This document shows, one piece after another, positions 1-15,397 of a DNA stretch of 64,000 nt. A program made the position numbers and the translations under genes. Under the pieces are notes generated by a model. That model made no database searches. It was not told the origin of the DNA and was given only the letters and a program-made list of their open reading frames with translations. Numbering within the stretch: the first letter of the stretch is position 1; every line of letters begins with the position of its first letter. Source of the DNA: Auanema rhodensis (taxonomy: Eukaryota; Animalia; Nematoda); contig OZ059899.1 of NCBI GenBank assembly GCA_964057225.1, positions 7,750,001-7,814,000 on the forward strand, read 5' to 3'.

Positions 1-174
1 TATATTTTTGTTCTAATTTTTGGGTAATTCTGGGGGCACTTATACATACATTATTCACATGATCCAACACTATGTCCTGTTTTACATACAAACGGAATTC
101 AAGATTATCAAACAATATTTCGAAAATTCATAATTAACATATCATCAAAATTCTAAGAAAATTGCAAAAGACTA

Positions 175-1724
175 CTAGGAGCTAGCTTCGTCCAAAGACC
201 AAATAAAACATAGCGTAGATTTTTTTTTAAAGCCCATGCTTTCTAATTCAATTTTATCTCTCTCATTTGCAACATAATCGAAGTCATCTGTAAATAAAAA
301 GAAGAAATGATATCACTTTTAACAAAATGATCTTTACCTCTTCCATTTTCGTGCCTCCACATAGCTACTAATTCTTGATTAGCTCCACACATTCCTGTTT
401 GATTAACACAGTATCCAACACTAGCATAGCTTTTCCAATTAGCTTTTTCTGTTACCTCTCGTTCTTCTTCTGAGCTTATTGTGAGATACTGCGTTGCTAA
501 AATACTTTACTATAATCATAAAATTTTGAGCTTGGAAATGTTTCACTGAAAGCATACCTTGATTTGAAATTAAGTTTTTCACTTCAACTAAATAAGGGCA
601 TTGTTTATCTAATTGATCTTGCTTACGATCATATCGACTTTTCGAAATTATTTTTCCAGTAGATCCTGAATATGATTGTTTTTTAGTCACCTATTAATGC
701 ATACTTTGAAAAATATAGCCATGCTTTCGTTGAAACTCAACAAGTTTTCGATAGCTATGCACAAAATGCTTTTTGATTATAGGATGGTAACTTCTGTATA
801 ATTCGGCAGCATGCTTTGATAAATCCTAAATTGACATAGTAAAGTTATTTTCCATGTAAAGGAGAAAACTTTTATATGCATTGGAACAGACTTCTGAGTC
901 CTATTTTCTGTCTTTTTTATTATCATAGATTTTTGATCACCAGTTCCGTTACTGAACAATCCTCCGAAGAAGTTCCAAAGTTTTTCGATAGTAGATTCGT
1001 CAGCAGGGTGCGAAACAGAAGGAATTTCATGAACCGTGCCTTTTCCTACACTGATGAATTTAGGAGAACTTGGTGCAGGAGTTGATAGAGTTTTGAAAAC
1101 TGGGTGGTGAACAAATGTAGAATTTTTTGTGATAGTTTCAGTTTTTTCAAAAAATGGATCTTCATCTTCAAAATCGAGATAATCGTCCGCAATTTGTACT
1201 TCCACTTGACTGAATTTAGGAACTTCATGTACTTTTAATTTAAATTTATGAATAATTTTTTTGTGCACGCTCTTTGTTATTCCTAAAGTGGTGTTATTAA
1301 CCAAATCAGTGTTATTCTTCGACGAAGTAGTCTAAATATTCAATTAACAAGAAAATAAACATGAATTAACCTTTAATATATTCTTTTCGTCCAGATTTGG
1401 TTCACCTCGCTGCCCGATTTTCCAGGTATTATCATAATCTAATATTCATAAAATAATGAAAAAATAATAATTCAAGTTTATTTCTAAACTGAAGCAAAAG
1501 AAATATTGAAAAAATTTAAGTTTTAATTAATATATTATATTTGTAAAATTAGAGAATAAAATTAATGTTCATATTCTACCTGAATCGGACAGTTGTAACA
1601 CATCATAGCCTGATCTAAGGATCTCCTGTTGCACCAATAAACTAACTAATGCTCAAATTAGATAAAACACTTTGAAAAAATATTTATTACCAGAACTAGG
1701 AAGCATCAAAACGATTAACAACAT
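175..1724 (-). CDS. Secreted protein with low-complexity middle and C-terminal DUF5648-like repeat (multi-exon)
   Basis: Spliced N-terminus MLLIVLMLPSS|ALVVYWC.. is signal-peptide-like. The last exons give TQYLTISSEEERE..VGYCVNQTGMCGANQELVAMWRH..DDFDYVANERDKIELESMGFKKKSTLCFIW, resembling the nematode DUF5648 repeat. Stop TAG at 177-175. Confidence 0.6.
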
Positions 1725-1973
1725 GTTCACATGAACTACTAAAGGTTAGGATAATAAATGCTTCTAGGCTTTTAATGCTTACTTCACTTTCAGTTTACAA
1801 AGGTTTACAAAAACATATGTTATATGAAGAAACAACCTGTTTAGGAATAAATTGAGAATATTTAAAATTGTGTAAAAATAACTTAAACTGCCACCCAATT
1901 AACTGTATCCCGAACATAGCACAACATATACCCAATATGAATGTTGACAACTGGCATATATAATATAACTAAA

Positions 1974-4200
<2,227 letters not shown>

Positions 4201-4641
4201 GGCTTAATCTTTTTAATCAAAACCATGTTAAGCATAACTTAAATTAAATAATTGATGAAGCGTACAACTAATTGAAAAACCATACGAATTTGAAATACCC
4301 ATGTTTATCGTTCATAACAATGAAATTTAATGTCTTACAAGCATTAGGCAACGAGATATGCAGAAAGATATAAGGAGAGATCTCACTAAAGTAAGGAAAC
4401 AACAAATCATTTGTTTGTGTAATCCTACACGCAGTCAACATTAATGAAAACTAAAAGTAAGAAAACCGGAACAAAGACTGAGGCTATCTGATACATGTAA
4501 TACCTTGAATTATTAATAATGACAAAATTGTTGATATAAAATCACATAAAGTTGAATATATATGTGTAAAGTGGAAGCGAATTCCAATAATGCACGTTTC
4601 TTCATGACCAAGGCGAGCAAGAAACAAATAAGAAAGCATTT

Positions 4642-6540
4642 TTACAAATCATCTTCGTCATCCGGAAGTGGAGCATTAATTGCTTCCGAGAGTAGCTTAT
4701 TATTTTTTTCAGAAGATAATGATGATTCTCCTAGTTCAACGTCCTGCATCTCAGAATTTGATTCTGTGACATCATCAGTTGACTTTTCTTCACTTCCAGT
4801 GGAAGATTTGGTATCCATAGACTCTTCTTGATCACATTGCTAAAGTATATATAAAATATTTTTTTCTTTTTAATTTCTTACTTGTATACTAGAAGGTTCA
4901 CTAATTTCGTCAGGGTCTCTAATGCTTTTTTGGTCATCAGAGTCCAAACTAGTACGGCGCATATAGTCAGCATCAAATATGAAAGGCTTTTTTGAAGGAT
5001 TCAAGGGGCTAGGACTTATCGAAATCCTATAAGAGCAAAATCTGATTGAATTATGTTAAATCATGATAGTATATCACTTACAGATGAGGCTGAACAAACT
5101 CCTGAGGTTGTTGTGAGGTAGAAGGATAAGGAAATGTACTGTCTGTGACTAAAGGTGAGGTGCTATTACGAACAAAAGTTCGTTTTGGGTCGGATTCTTC
5201 ACTTGTACCATTAGTATACCTTCTCTTTATGGTACGTGTTGTGATGGGAGATAAACTTCTACAACTATTGATTATAAACTTTTTTTTTTAATTTTCAACC
5301 TTAACAGCCGATGTCTTGTAGGACTTTGTGTGGGACTAGGATTCGGTGAATAAGGTATATTCGGCCTCACCATTTGTTGGGTTGAGGGAGAATAACATTG
5401 CTATAAACAAAATGTGTAAGAATAAATCGTTGAATAAATGAAATTTTAGAAACCTTGTGAGCGTCTGGTAGCCTGGTAGGACTGGGAGAGCAACTATGAG
5501 GAAGAAAGGAATTAGTAACTATGGTTATAGGTTCTCCAACTGAAGTAGTAGATGGAGTACGTTTCCGCAAATCCTGAAGTAACTATGTAAAAAATTTTAA
5601 GCTTAATAAAATCAACTTTCTGATTTTGATCTATCACAAACTCATCAAATCCTGTTGAAACTTGCTGAGATACTTTCATTAAGCGCTCATGAGCCACCTA
5701 AACTAATTGATAAACTGAAATTTCGATATATGGGGGCACCTCCGATTCGATGGCGCTCTCTCTGCGAATATGTGCTATGCGACCTCTAGGAGCATCTGCT
5801 CCTCTTCCAGGGACAATTACAGGCTCATCAAATCCCTAAGAAATTTAGCAATTTTTCAATACTTCAATAAATGCAATACCTTTGTCCTACTATTCTTTCG
5901 TGAACTGGAATCTTCACCGTCTATAGATTCACCACCAGCAGTTATACCACTACCTTCAGAACTATCTGAGTCGGAAGAATTTTTCCTTTTTCTTGACCTA
6001 CAAAACAAAAACAATAGAAATTTGATCAATGCATTAAAATCACCTAAACATGCTCTTTGAAAAACTGATACCATCCATGGACGATCGAGATGAAGTTTCG
6101 GAATCGGGCATTGATGCTTTAAAGAAACGATAAGAGCCATATATCATACACTAGTGCTTACTATTCAAACCTTCTGGTCTAGGAAATAATGAATAAGAAT
6201 TAGAAGGGGAAGCTTGGCTAGCAGAAAGAAACCTAAGAATGAATTAAGATAGGTTTTTTTGAAATAATGTTCAAAAAAAAAACGCACGGTGATTGTCGGC
6301 TGTTTGATCCGATATCTACAGGTTCTTGCTCGCTCAGAATGGAGCAGTTCGATGGAGCAGGACTACATCCTACCGAAGCTCCTTCTTTATCTAATAAAGC
6401 TGAAAATATAATCTAGTCTAATAACAAAGTTTTTATAAACCTGAATGTTCGGAAATTGAAGGTGATGGAGCAGGGGGTAATATAATAGTCGTTGTTGAAC
6501 CACCGGCACAAATACTACTATCTTTGGACATCTCAGTCAT
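4642..6540 (-). CDS. FAM122A/PABIR-like disordered Ser/Pro-rich PP2A-B55 inhibitor
   Basis: Spliced peptide GRIAHIRRESAIESE|VAHERLMKVSQQVS..SPSPTR..KQCYSPSTQ..SPTQSPTR..LRSLSPI parallels the FAM122A blocks RLHQIKQEE..HERE..SPSPTR..KQCFSPS..RSQSPI (recognised from memory). Confidence 0.75.
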
Positions 6541-7008
6541 CTTATTGTACAAACGTCAAATCATGATTTATACCTATAAAATACATAATACTTTAATTCT
6601 AATATATGAAAAAAAAACAGACAAAGAAAAACACGTGACTAATTAAGGTTCAAACATAATTCACAGATGATAGTTTCTAATTTTAGAATTTCTCACCCGT
6701 TATAATAATGATAAGGGTTTTTAGAGTAAGTAATTGACTGAAAATAAAAGGCAATATAGAACGATGATTGAAAAGGATCACCTTTCCACCAAGGCTCGGA
6801 GTGCGTGTGTTGGATTGAGCTGCGCTCCAATCACACTACTCATCAAGTGTAGTTTACTCTAAATAGTAAGCCTAACAAAAATTATAAAGATAAATTTTTT
6901 TGATACTACAAGCAATTATAAATTTTAATAAGAGAAAATTAAATCAATAGAGCAAATCGCTAAAAAATTTTATGAAAATATTGCCGTAACTAAGGAATTT
7001 GAGTGTAA

Positions 7009-7343
7009 GTAGGAGGGGCTCCGTAGTGGAGGTACAAGATTACTGGACAAATTCTGTTGAAATGAGATTAAATAGAAAAGTAAGGATGAAAGATGATTCC
7101 TGAAGTTTACCGAATATATACATGCCATAAACGGAAACATAAGCAGCTTTAGTTGATAGTCATGGGACATTGGATTTTACGAAGACCTCAGTAAAGATTA
7201 GTTGAGGCATGAAGCTGATAATCTATTAGCATGCTAACCTCGAAACATGATGCATGTCGGGCTATTGATGTAATGTTCGTTGTTTTTATTATCATATTCT
7301 GTGTTTGTTGAAATTTTTTTCTATCTGCTCATGCCCCTCCTAC
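7009..7343 (-). ncRNA. Candidate structured non-coding RNA (~335 nt), family unassigned
   Basis: Perfect 11-bp terminal complementarity GTAGGAGGGGC (7009-7019) / GCCCCTCCTAC (7333-7343), a second long-range helix ATAGAAAA/TTTTCTAT and several internal hairpins. PSE/TATA-like promoter immediately upstream on the minus strand. No credible ORF. Confidence 0.45.
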
Positions 7344-7363
7344 GTTATTGACATAGCAATACC

Positions 7364-7392
7364 TTTATACAAGCGCGGGCAAACCTCGAATC
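7364..7392 (-). promoter_or_regulatory. snRNA-type (Pol III type-3) promoter-like element: PSE + TATA
   Basis: Minus strand reads GATTCG-AGGTT-TGCCCGCGC-TT-GTATAAA, then 20 nt, then G at the start of the terminal helix. This matches the recalled CG-n5-TG..GC..GTATAWA layout of nematode U6/RNase P/sbRNA promoters. Confidence 0.45.
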
Positions 7393-9957
7393 TTTTTAGG
7401 CAAAAGAAAAGGCGGAGGATAGAGCAATGCAAATAGCTGTCAGGTACTTATAGAGCTCTTGCCATTTAAAGGATATAATCGGCTTCGAAAAAGCTATATG
7501 AGCACTTACTTCTCTATAACCCAAAGCGTGCGATCCAGGGGTGAACTTGCAAAATTTGGTTAGTTTTTTTACTCTTCTATTCAGTTTTTTTTGCTTTGAA
7601 AAAGAAAACCCGATAAAGAATGATAGAGAATAATAAATTTTAATCAATGTCATTTGTACTGTAGAGATAATGAATGTATATCATTTTCCTTATAAAGTAT
7701 ATTCATATTGCTAGCGATTATAACAACAATAGTTTGTAGAAAATTCGGAAGTGTTAATGCCAACTCAGTCAGCTGATATTATTTCTGAGAATGTATCAAT
7801 ATAATTTTCTTATGCCACCTTGCTATTAATATAGAGCATATCACAGAACGCTCAGCAATTGATTTCATATATACATCAAAGAATCCGTGTTATAAATATC
7901 GAAAGAAAACTTAAGCACGTATGGAGAAACAATGAAACATCATACGTAGCCATGTTTGACAAATGGCAACTTTCTTTCATGTTTTTCTTTCTCTCCCGGG
8001 GACTATCACGACCCTTCTGTCTTTCAATTTTTCTCTCTCGCGTTGTTAGGCTATCTCATCGTTCTGAATTCAATAAGTCTTCCCAAGGCTGGCTCCTAAG
8101 TAGAATCTGAAAATGCTTTAGGCCATGATTTATGCACCAGAAAGCATCCATTTTGTTTAATCTTTTAGAGACTAACTAACCCTCTGCTAACTAAGCCATT
8201 TTTACATTATCGAAAAGTATGCAAGTTCCACATATTAAATAATTTCTTGCATTCGGAACTAACTTTATTTTATTTCAGTATGTTTGATGAAATATTGACT
8301 TATAGCTTTGACAATTCTTCCTTGCTCTCTTTCGCCCCATCTTGCTTTCACTATATTATTCTTAAAATAAAAAAAGTTTCTAAGCAAACACAAAAAATTG
8401 AAATGAATAAAAGACGTAGCACTATTCCTTATAAATTTTTGATTTTGATGCTATTCCTAGACCAAATGTTGGGAGAATATAAAGCTTCAATTCATAATAG
8501 ATGGCTATAAAACTGCAGAAATATCCACAACGATTTGACTTTTTAGCGTTTTTTTTATAAAGTGCCTTTTTTAAGCTTATTTTCAGTCTTCAAAAATGTT
8601 ATAAATCACAAAAATAACAGAAAATGTTCAACATTTCAAACTTTCAAACTTTTCTTGTTTTTTGTTCGACTAAATAATGAATTAAAACTTTGTTCTAAAT
8701 CTAGACACAAAATAAGAAATGTCACAATCCCAGTTAGTCTTATGAATTGTTTTTCCATTTATTATGAAACAGAAGTGCTAGCTAGAAAACCGAAAAACAC
8801 ATTTCTAAAATGGCAAAGGAATATAGGACAGACAAGGATAAACAAACGGAGCATAGGAAAAGTTTGATAAACAATGTTTCAACACGCTTCTGTATTAGGC
8901 AGCTTTCGTTCAAAATTCCTATCCGAGTGTGCTTGAAAAAATGTTTAAAACATGTAATTTATATCTAATATACATTCTTTTTCCTTTCTATTTTATTTCA
9001 ATGACTCAATTTCGTCAATTTCCTTTGAAATCCTATGCCTAGCTTTTTCCAATATGTATGTGGCATATCATCACTCACAAGCCTTACAACTTTCTATATT
9101 CTCTCTCTGCTTTCATAATCTTGAACTTTACACCCAATAGTTCATTTAAATTTAATTTCATCGGTCATGCTCTATCATAGCTTGGCCCGCCTCTAAGTAT
9201 TTTTTTGATTAAAATGTTATAGGTTGTTCATCTAAAAAATATCAATTGTCTCTTTTTTTCCTCATTTTTTACAACGATTCATTTCCATTCATGCCATTTT
9301 CTCGTTGAAGCTAGTCAAAATATGTAAATTCATTGATTCAACAAAATGAAAAATATCCAATTGATAGCATTTGAAATAATTTAGTTTGTATATTTTTAAC
9401 TAGCAATATTAATACGCTTTCTAGATGATATTAAGCACAAAATAAGAATTCGGATTTCGTTAAACTTAAGTCACTTTCACCAATGCTACTTATATATTAT
9501 GCTAACATAAAAAATAAATGAAGAAAGCACTTGGACTCCACAGAACAAACAAACTTGTTATTAAGAAGTGATATCAAACATGTCTAATAAATTCCAATAA
9601 AAATATTACTATTGCTTTTGTTTTTGATATTGATGTTATGATATATACTAATGTTTATCGAAAACATCTTATCTGGATAGCATTATCCTCGAAATCAATC
9701 TCGATTTAAGTTTTGCAAAAATCTAAGAAAAGTTAAAAATTTTAGTTTTTTGAATACCTCGTTGGATGAAAACTTGAGCATAACGAGCAAATCTTAAACC
9801 ACTGTATTGTTAGAATTTCATTCTCCATTGTTAACTAACGGCAACTAATCATATAAAGTCGGAAAACAGAATGCGAAAATCGTATGAAATGTTGAACTAG
9901 TTTTTTTGTGTTCTATGTCCATCTTCTCATGCTATTAACAGGTGTTATAGATAGCGG

Positions 9958-12900
9958 ATGCGCTTTCCATTATTGATATTTTCGATGGCAATGGAATCAG
10001 CGGTAACTGGGACGGTGGAGTCATCATTTGAACAATTGAAGACGGTTTTCCGGTTAGTTATTTGAAATAATGATCCGTTAAAAACGGATTTAAAAAGGAA
10101 AATTTTGATTATTTACTCTAATCATTGCAAAAAGCATAACAATTAGAAAAGATCAAAAGTATTGTGATTTAATAAACGGTACATTTCATTCCGAAGCAAA
10201 CTGAGTAATCACAGGTGTTTCAATTTAAACTTGTACATACGTTTATTATAGAGAGAATTTCGAAAAAGGGCTGGAGAAAGCTGGAGCATCATTTGCCGTT
10301 TATCATCATGGAAAACTAGTTGTGGATCTATGTGGCGGCTATGCTAATGAGAACATTGGGCAATTTTGGACACAACACTCTCTGTCAATTCTTTTCTCCA
10401 CGACCAAGGTTAGACTTTTTCTTCATATTTATGAATTTTGTGAAGAAAGAAAAAAGAGAACACTTAAGAAGATATCAAGAAAAGTATATGAAAGGCTCCA
10501 AATTTACAACGAAATAATTATCAGTAACGAAAGAATTTTTAAATTCAACATAAAATTTAGTTAATAATTTGACTTATATATTTTGAACAAGAAAGTAAAA
10601 ATGAGATGAACAATAGCTCTTGTTCAATAAAAATGTCAATTAAAGCTCATGGAAACAAAGTATCATACTTATTCGAGCAACGAACGATTATATATATTTA
10701 TATAGACGAATATATGAGCAACGGTAGGAAGTAGTTAGTGCAGGAGGATAAGCATGCGTGGGAATGGAGTGCACAAAGTATGGGGGGAAATTTGGTGAAC
10801 GAGTGAAAGATGCAACAAGTTAAATACGTGTAGAAGAGCAAAGAACTACTGAAAACGACTGATTAGACAAATAGCGTGTACCGGCGAAATATCTTCATAG
10901 GAATGTTCCACATTTTCAGTCTTTTCTACATGTCAGTTTTTGGGCGTAAAACAATATATAGTATTTACGTATCTTTTTCTAAACAAAAATTATCAGCGGA
11001 AGATTAAGCATATATCTTTATCCTTAATATAAATATTAAAGCTTTAATACCATGACATAGAAAAAAAAGTGGGTGAATAGTGTTTTCCAACTATTCGAAT
11101 GTTAAAAAATGAACTTTAACACAAACTAAATTTTATTGTTAAGCATGGTTTGTTAATGATAGAAAGAATGCTAGAAAGATAAGATTAAGTTTTCTTAAAG
11201 ATTTTGGATTTTATATTTCATTTTAAAAGAAACGTGCGCTATAAAGAAACTGTTAGAAAACACATCGATAGTGGATTGGTTAGCCAATTGTTATTGTTTT
11301 TCTCATTGTTTTCTATACGGAAAACAGAATTGTAAGTGAAAGACAGTGACTGTGGACATGGTCGACAAGCCCATGAAAGAGCTTTTGAACGCAATATAAT
11401 CTTTTTGAATGACATAGACTAGTATCACATTAGAAACTTGATGTGCTTCCAAGAAATAAGGAGAAATTACGACAGAACAGAGGGTATCAATCGACAAAGT
11501 GAGGAGGAAATGGGGGTAGACAAGATACAAAATAAAACAGTCGATGTAGCAGCAAGATACTAACGATTGAAAATTGTATCGATCCAATACAGCCACGAGT
11601 TTGATATGGACCAATAAGGACAACAACACATAACATAATTACCAATTGTTTCCCTTTTTACTCTTAAAATTTCTTCACGCGTTCATACCTTTTTTAAAAC
11701 ATTCAAAGTATTCATTGATTTTTTAGGAATTAATTGATACTGGTTACCGATATTGCTGTTTTGCATTATACAAGAATAGATAGCATTATAACATATATAG
11801 AAAATGCGAATGATTACTAGAATTCGAGGTGAAAATGCATTAGTTTAACAGGCATCTTGATATCTTCAAAACTTTGTGTTGTCAATCAATATTTATGAAA
11901 TATTCATAATCGCCGAGAGAGAAAGAAAAAAATGAATACAGAACATTATTATTCAAAGAAGAGAAAATAATTAATTTTAGTTGAAGCATTTCGGGTACGG
12001 TTTGATGTTTGCTAGAGTGTCTTTAAACTATACGTTTAGGTTATGTATTTTTTGAAAATTGATAATATGATATGATTATTTAGAAAGAGGAGAAATTATT
12101 GAAACCATGGGGCAAAGTTTTTATGATCTATTTGATCTAAAATCGTGAAGCTCATAAAATCCTCATCTTATTTTGCTAAATATAGAAACCAACGAAACTT
12201 GTTTTGTTAAAGATGCAAATTTAAAAAGTACAAATAGTTATAAGCTTAAGCATATTTTGAAAAAATCAGTGTTGTAATTTAGAGCATTTCGGCTACTATA
12301 CTGGCCTATGTAATGGAGAAAGAAAGAGTTCAGTTTGAAGAGAAGGTTTCCAATTATTGGCCTGAATTTGCAAAGAATGGTAAAGAAAATATTACTATCT
12401 CCCAAATCGTACTACACCAGGTAAGATGAATGAGTCAATTTGTACAATTAAAAGGAAATAATTTCATTAAGGCCGGTTTACCTTATACTGATCAAATGAT
12501 TAGTCGATCTGATATAACAGATTGGAAAAAAATGAGTGCATACTTTGAAAACGCGCATCCCGTGTGGAAACCAGGGGAAATGACTGGATATCATGCTTTA
12601 ACCATAGGGTAATTAATATAATTTACTAATTTTTAAACGATTATTCTATATTATACTATAGATTTTTGATCGATCAACTTGTTCGACGGATAGATTCATT
12701 ACATCGGGGAATTGTAGAAATTTTCCAGACTGATTTTCAACATAAATTTAGTGAGTTTCAAAAGATTAGAACTTGTTAAACTTAGTGTTCGCAGATATAA
12801 CTGATTTAACAATTGGGCTAGAACGGAAATGTCAAAATAATCGTGTAGCAATTATTAGGCAACCCACAGAAGAAGATATTATAGAAGAAGGTGGGCGGAA

Positions 12901-13524
12901 CCCTATAGCACTGAAGTAATTAAAATTATTTAACATATTTTTTTACAAGACTCATTTCAGAAGGTATTTAGCGTACAATAAAACTCATCATAAGAAATTG
13001 TATGATACTTGGTCATGGATAACAATTGAAGATGTAAATAAACGTTTTGTAAGTATAATATAAACCATTTTAGTATAACGAGCTGGAAAATCGACTTTTG
13101 CCGATGCCTTCTAATATGGGTATCGGCAATGCTCGAGGATTAGCACAATTTCATGCGCTGTTAGCAGAAAAGATGATCTTATCCGAAGAATTTTATAAAC
13201 GACATCTTGAACTACCAGTTTTAATAGAAGAAATGGATGTTGTAAATGGATATCCAGAAAGTAAAGGTTGTGGTTTCCAGTTTACAAAGAATCCTTTCGT
13301 AAGTGAATACCATTTATTGAATTCATCTGAACTTTTAGGGTGAATGGATTTTTGGCCATTCTGGATTTGGAGGTCAAAACGTTCGCGTAGATGTGATCAA
13401 TGGTCTATCCTATGCTTATGTAACAAATGGCTTGAAAATAGCTGATGCTGATCAAGTAGAGACATGGAATCGTTTAGTTCATGAACTATATCAAATAATA
13501 GGAAAAAGATTGAAAAAAAATTGA
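9958..13524 (+). CDS. Beta-lactamase-related serine hydrolase (nematode lact family)
   Basis: GASFAVYHHGKLVVDLCGG; catalytic SxxK (FSTTK|S); YWPEFAKNGKENIT..HQAGL; WKPGEMTGYHALT; FGHSGFGGQ. Contains a ~1.9-kb intron (10409-12282). Confidence 0.9.
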
Positions 13525-15397
13525 AATATGTTCAAAAGATTTTTAATTGCATCAATGGATAATCTCACACTATAATATTAGTTTCAAAGAAAATCGATGT
13601 ACTTTATGACGAGATCCATGAGGGGATTAAATTACATTAAAAACTTTTTAGAAAAAAATTATAGAAAGAAGTCTTAATTATTCGAAGATTTAGTTTTAAA
13701 CTTATAGAATTTGTGCTTTATTCACTGTTTTATGTATTATAAGAGATTTATTATTAGAAAAGCGCTGTTTTTCTTGTGGTAATAAATATTTATATCTAAA
13801 TTATTTTTTGTTTAAACATAAGCATCCATTTTCCGTTTGAGACATTAATTTGAAACTGAAAACCAAACGTTCGCTAGCGATTTTCATTTAAGAAGAACAT
13901 CAGCAGACTTGAATACATCATCATTAATTTCTCAATTTAATCTCATAATACACTTTAAGACTGTGTTAAAAATCCAAAAGTCAGTTTTAACAATTCTTTA
14001 TATGTAGAGAAGCGCAAGGATTGGATTGAGACCTATGATTAGAGGATATATCTCTCGGAAAATTGAGTCATATGATGATGTACGTTATCGTTACGTGATT
14101 ACCAAACATGAGACCGGTTCCAGTCTTCTACAGATGAATCAGAAGACGGCACACTATTTCTGTCTTCAACTCATAATTGATTTTGTAGATTTCTCTGTAA
14201 TTACATAAAATATTGACCCGCTGATGGCCTTATTTCCCCAAATATTTAACAGCGAATAACATGATCATCATTATTGGTAAAACACTATGATATTGTGACA
14301 ATACTCTCATAGTTTCACATTACTAGTATATGTACCCCAACTTTTAATGCTGCAAACTGTCTGATATCATAGTTTGACTTCACTTACTGCTGGTTTTATA
14401 TAGCTTTTCTCGTCCACAGGGAATTCATCTCTCTTTTCAAACCCGTCATCGACGGGCTATGTTGATAATCATGCCTCCTAATCCATTTGCAATCTCCACC
14501 TTCTTCCTCTCATTTTTATAAGAAGACAGTCTTATTGCCTGATTCGTTCAATATTCTTTTAGTGAAACTGCACTTTCACCCCCTGTGTCTCATCTTCTTC
14601 TTAATTATTTTTCGCTTTAATCAAGTCAAGTTCATCAAGTTTTTTGAGATCTAGTATGACTGACCTATCACATCTATTACATACAAGATTTCTAGCAGTA
14701 TCAACATTATTGAGAGATTCTAAACCTCGATAAGATCAGGTGTGGAGAATGAATCTTTTCATCCTATACTAAGAAAATATATGATCCGATATGCTTTCTT
14801 AAATTGACTTTATTGATTTTTTGACAATTCTGTAAAGGAATAGTACAGGTTATGCCTAGCAAATCTACGGCAGCGTAAAAAGCGAGAAGCTGAATCATGC
14901 GAAACTCTTTATAGGATTCGTCTAAATAAAACGATGACTTTTTTTGAAAAATTATTTTTTTATATGAGTGTTCAACAAGAATTTTAATCATTTTCAAGGT
15001 TTTCTAGGTTATACGATCTATTTACTATTATAGAAATGTTAAATTGTCAAACTCATCTTATTAAAGTGTGTCTTCTCGTTGAACAGCTCAGCAGGGGAGT
15101 GAAATATTCCATCTTTCTACCTTACTGACTTGCCTATTTGTTCAGTCACTACACCTGTTATTTGTTAAAATTCTGTATTCTTCTCATCTTATATCTTTTT
15201 TCTCAACCATTTTGAACTAAGTATACAAATGCATAAGTCATCCGGTTGGTTTACAGATCTGTTTTTAAAAAAGTAAATCATAATATATTGTAAAATGAAT
15301 ATAATAGCTTGAATTTAATATTATCTCTCAAAATTCATAATATTTTTAATGAATAGCATTATGATTATTTGATTGTGCAAATATTTCAGTTTTTAAA

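Noticed and set aside
6867-6875. TAAGCCTAA as a telomerase RNA template
   Set aside because: Only a 9-mer, outside and antisense to the structured candidate; similar short matches occur elsewhere in the window; no pseudoknot or H/ACA context found.
11340-11630. Decayed RTE-LINE fragment in the long lact intron
   Set aside because: Only faint resemblance (RKW..KLYRS) with multiple stops; not supportable without a translated search.
9958-13524. Beta-lactamase as a resistance gene or recent horizontal transfer
   Set aside because: Multi-intron, host-like composition, and member of the widespread nematode lact family.
14442-14456. CCCGTC-atc-GACGGG mini-hairpin as a Helitron 3' end
   Set aside because: No CTRR terminus at the expected distance on either strand.
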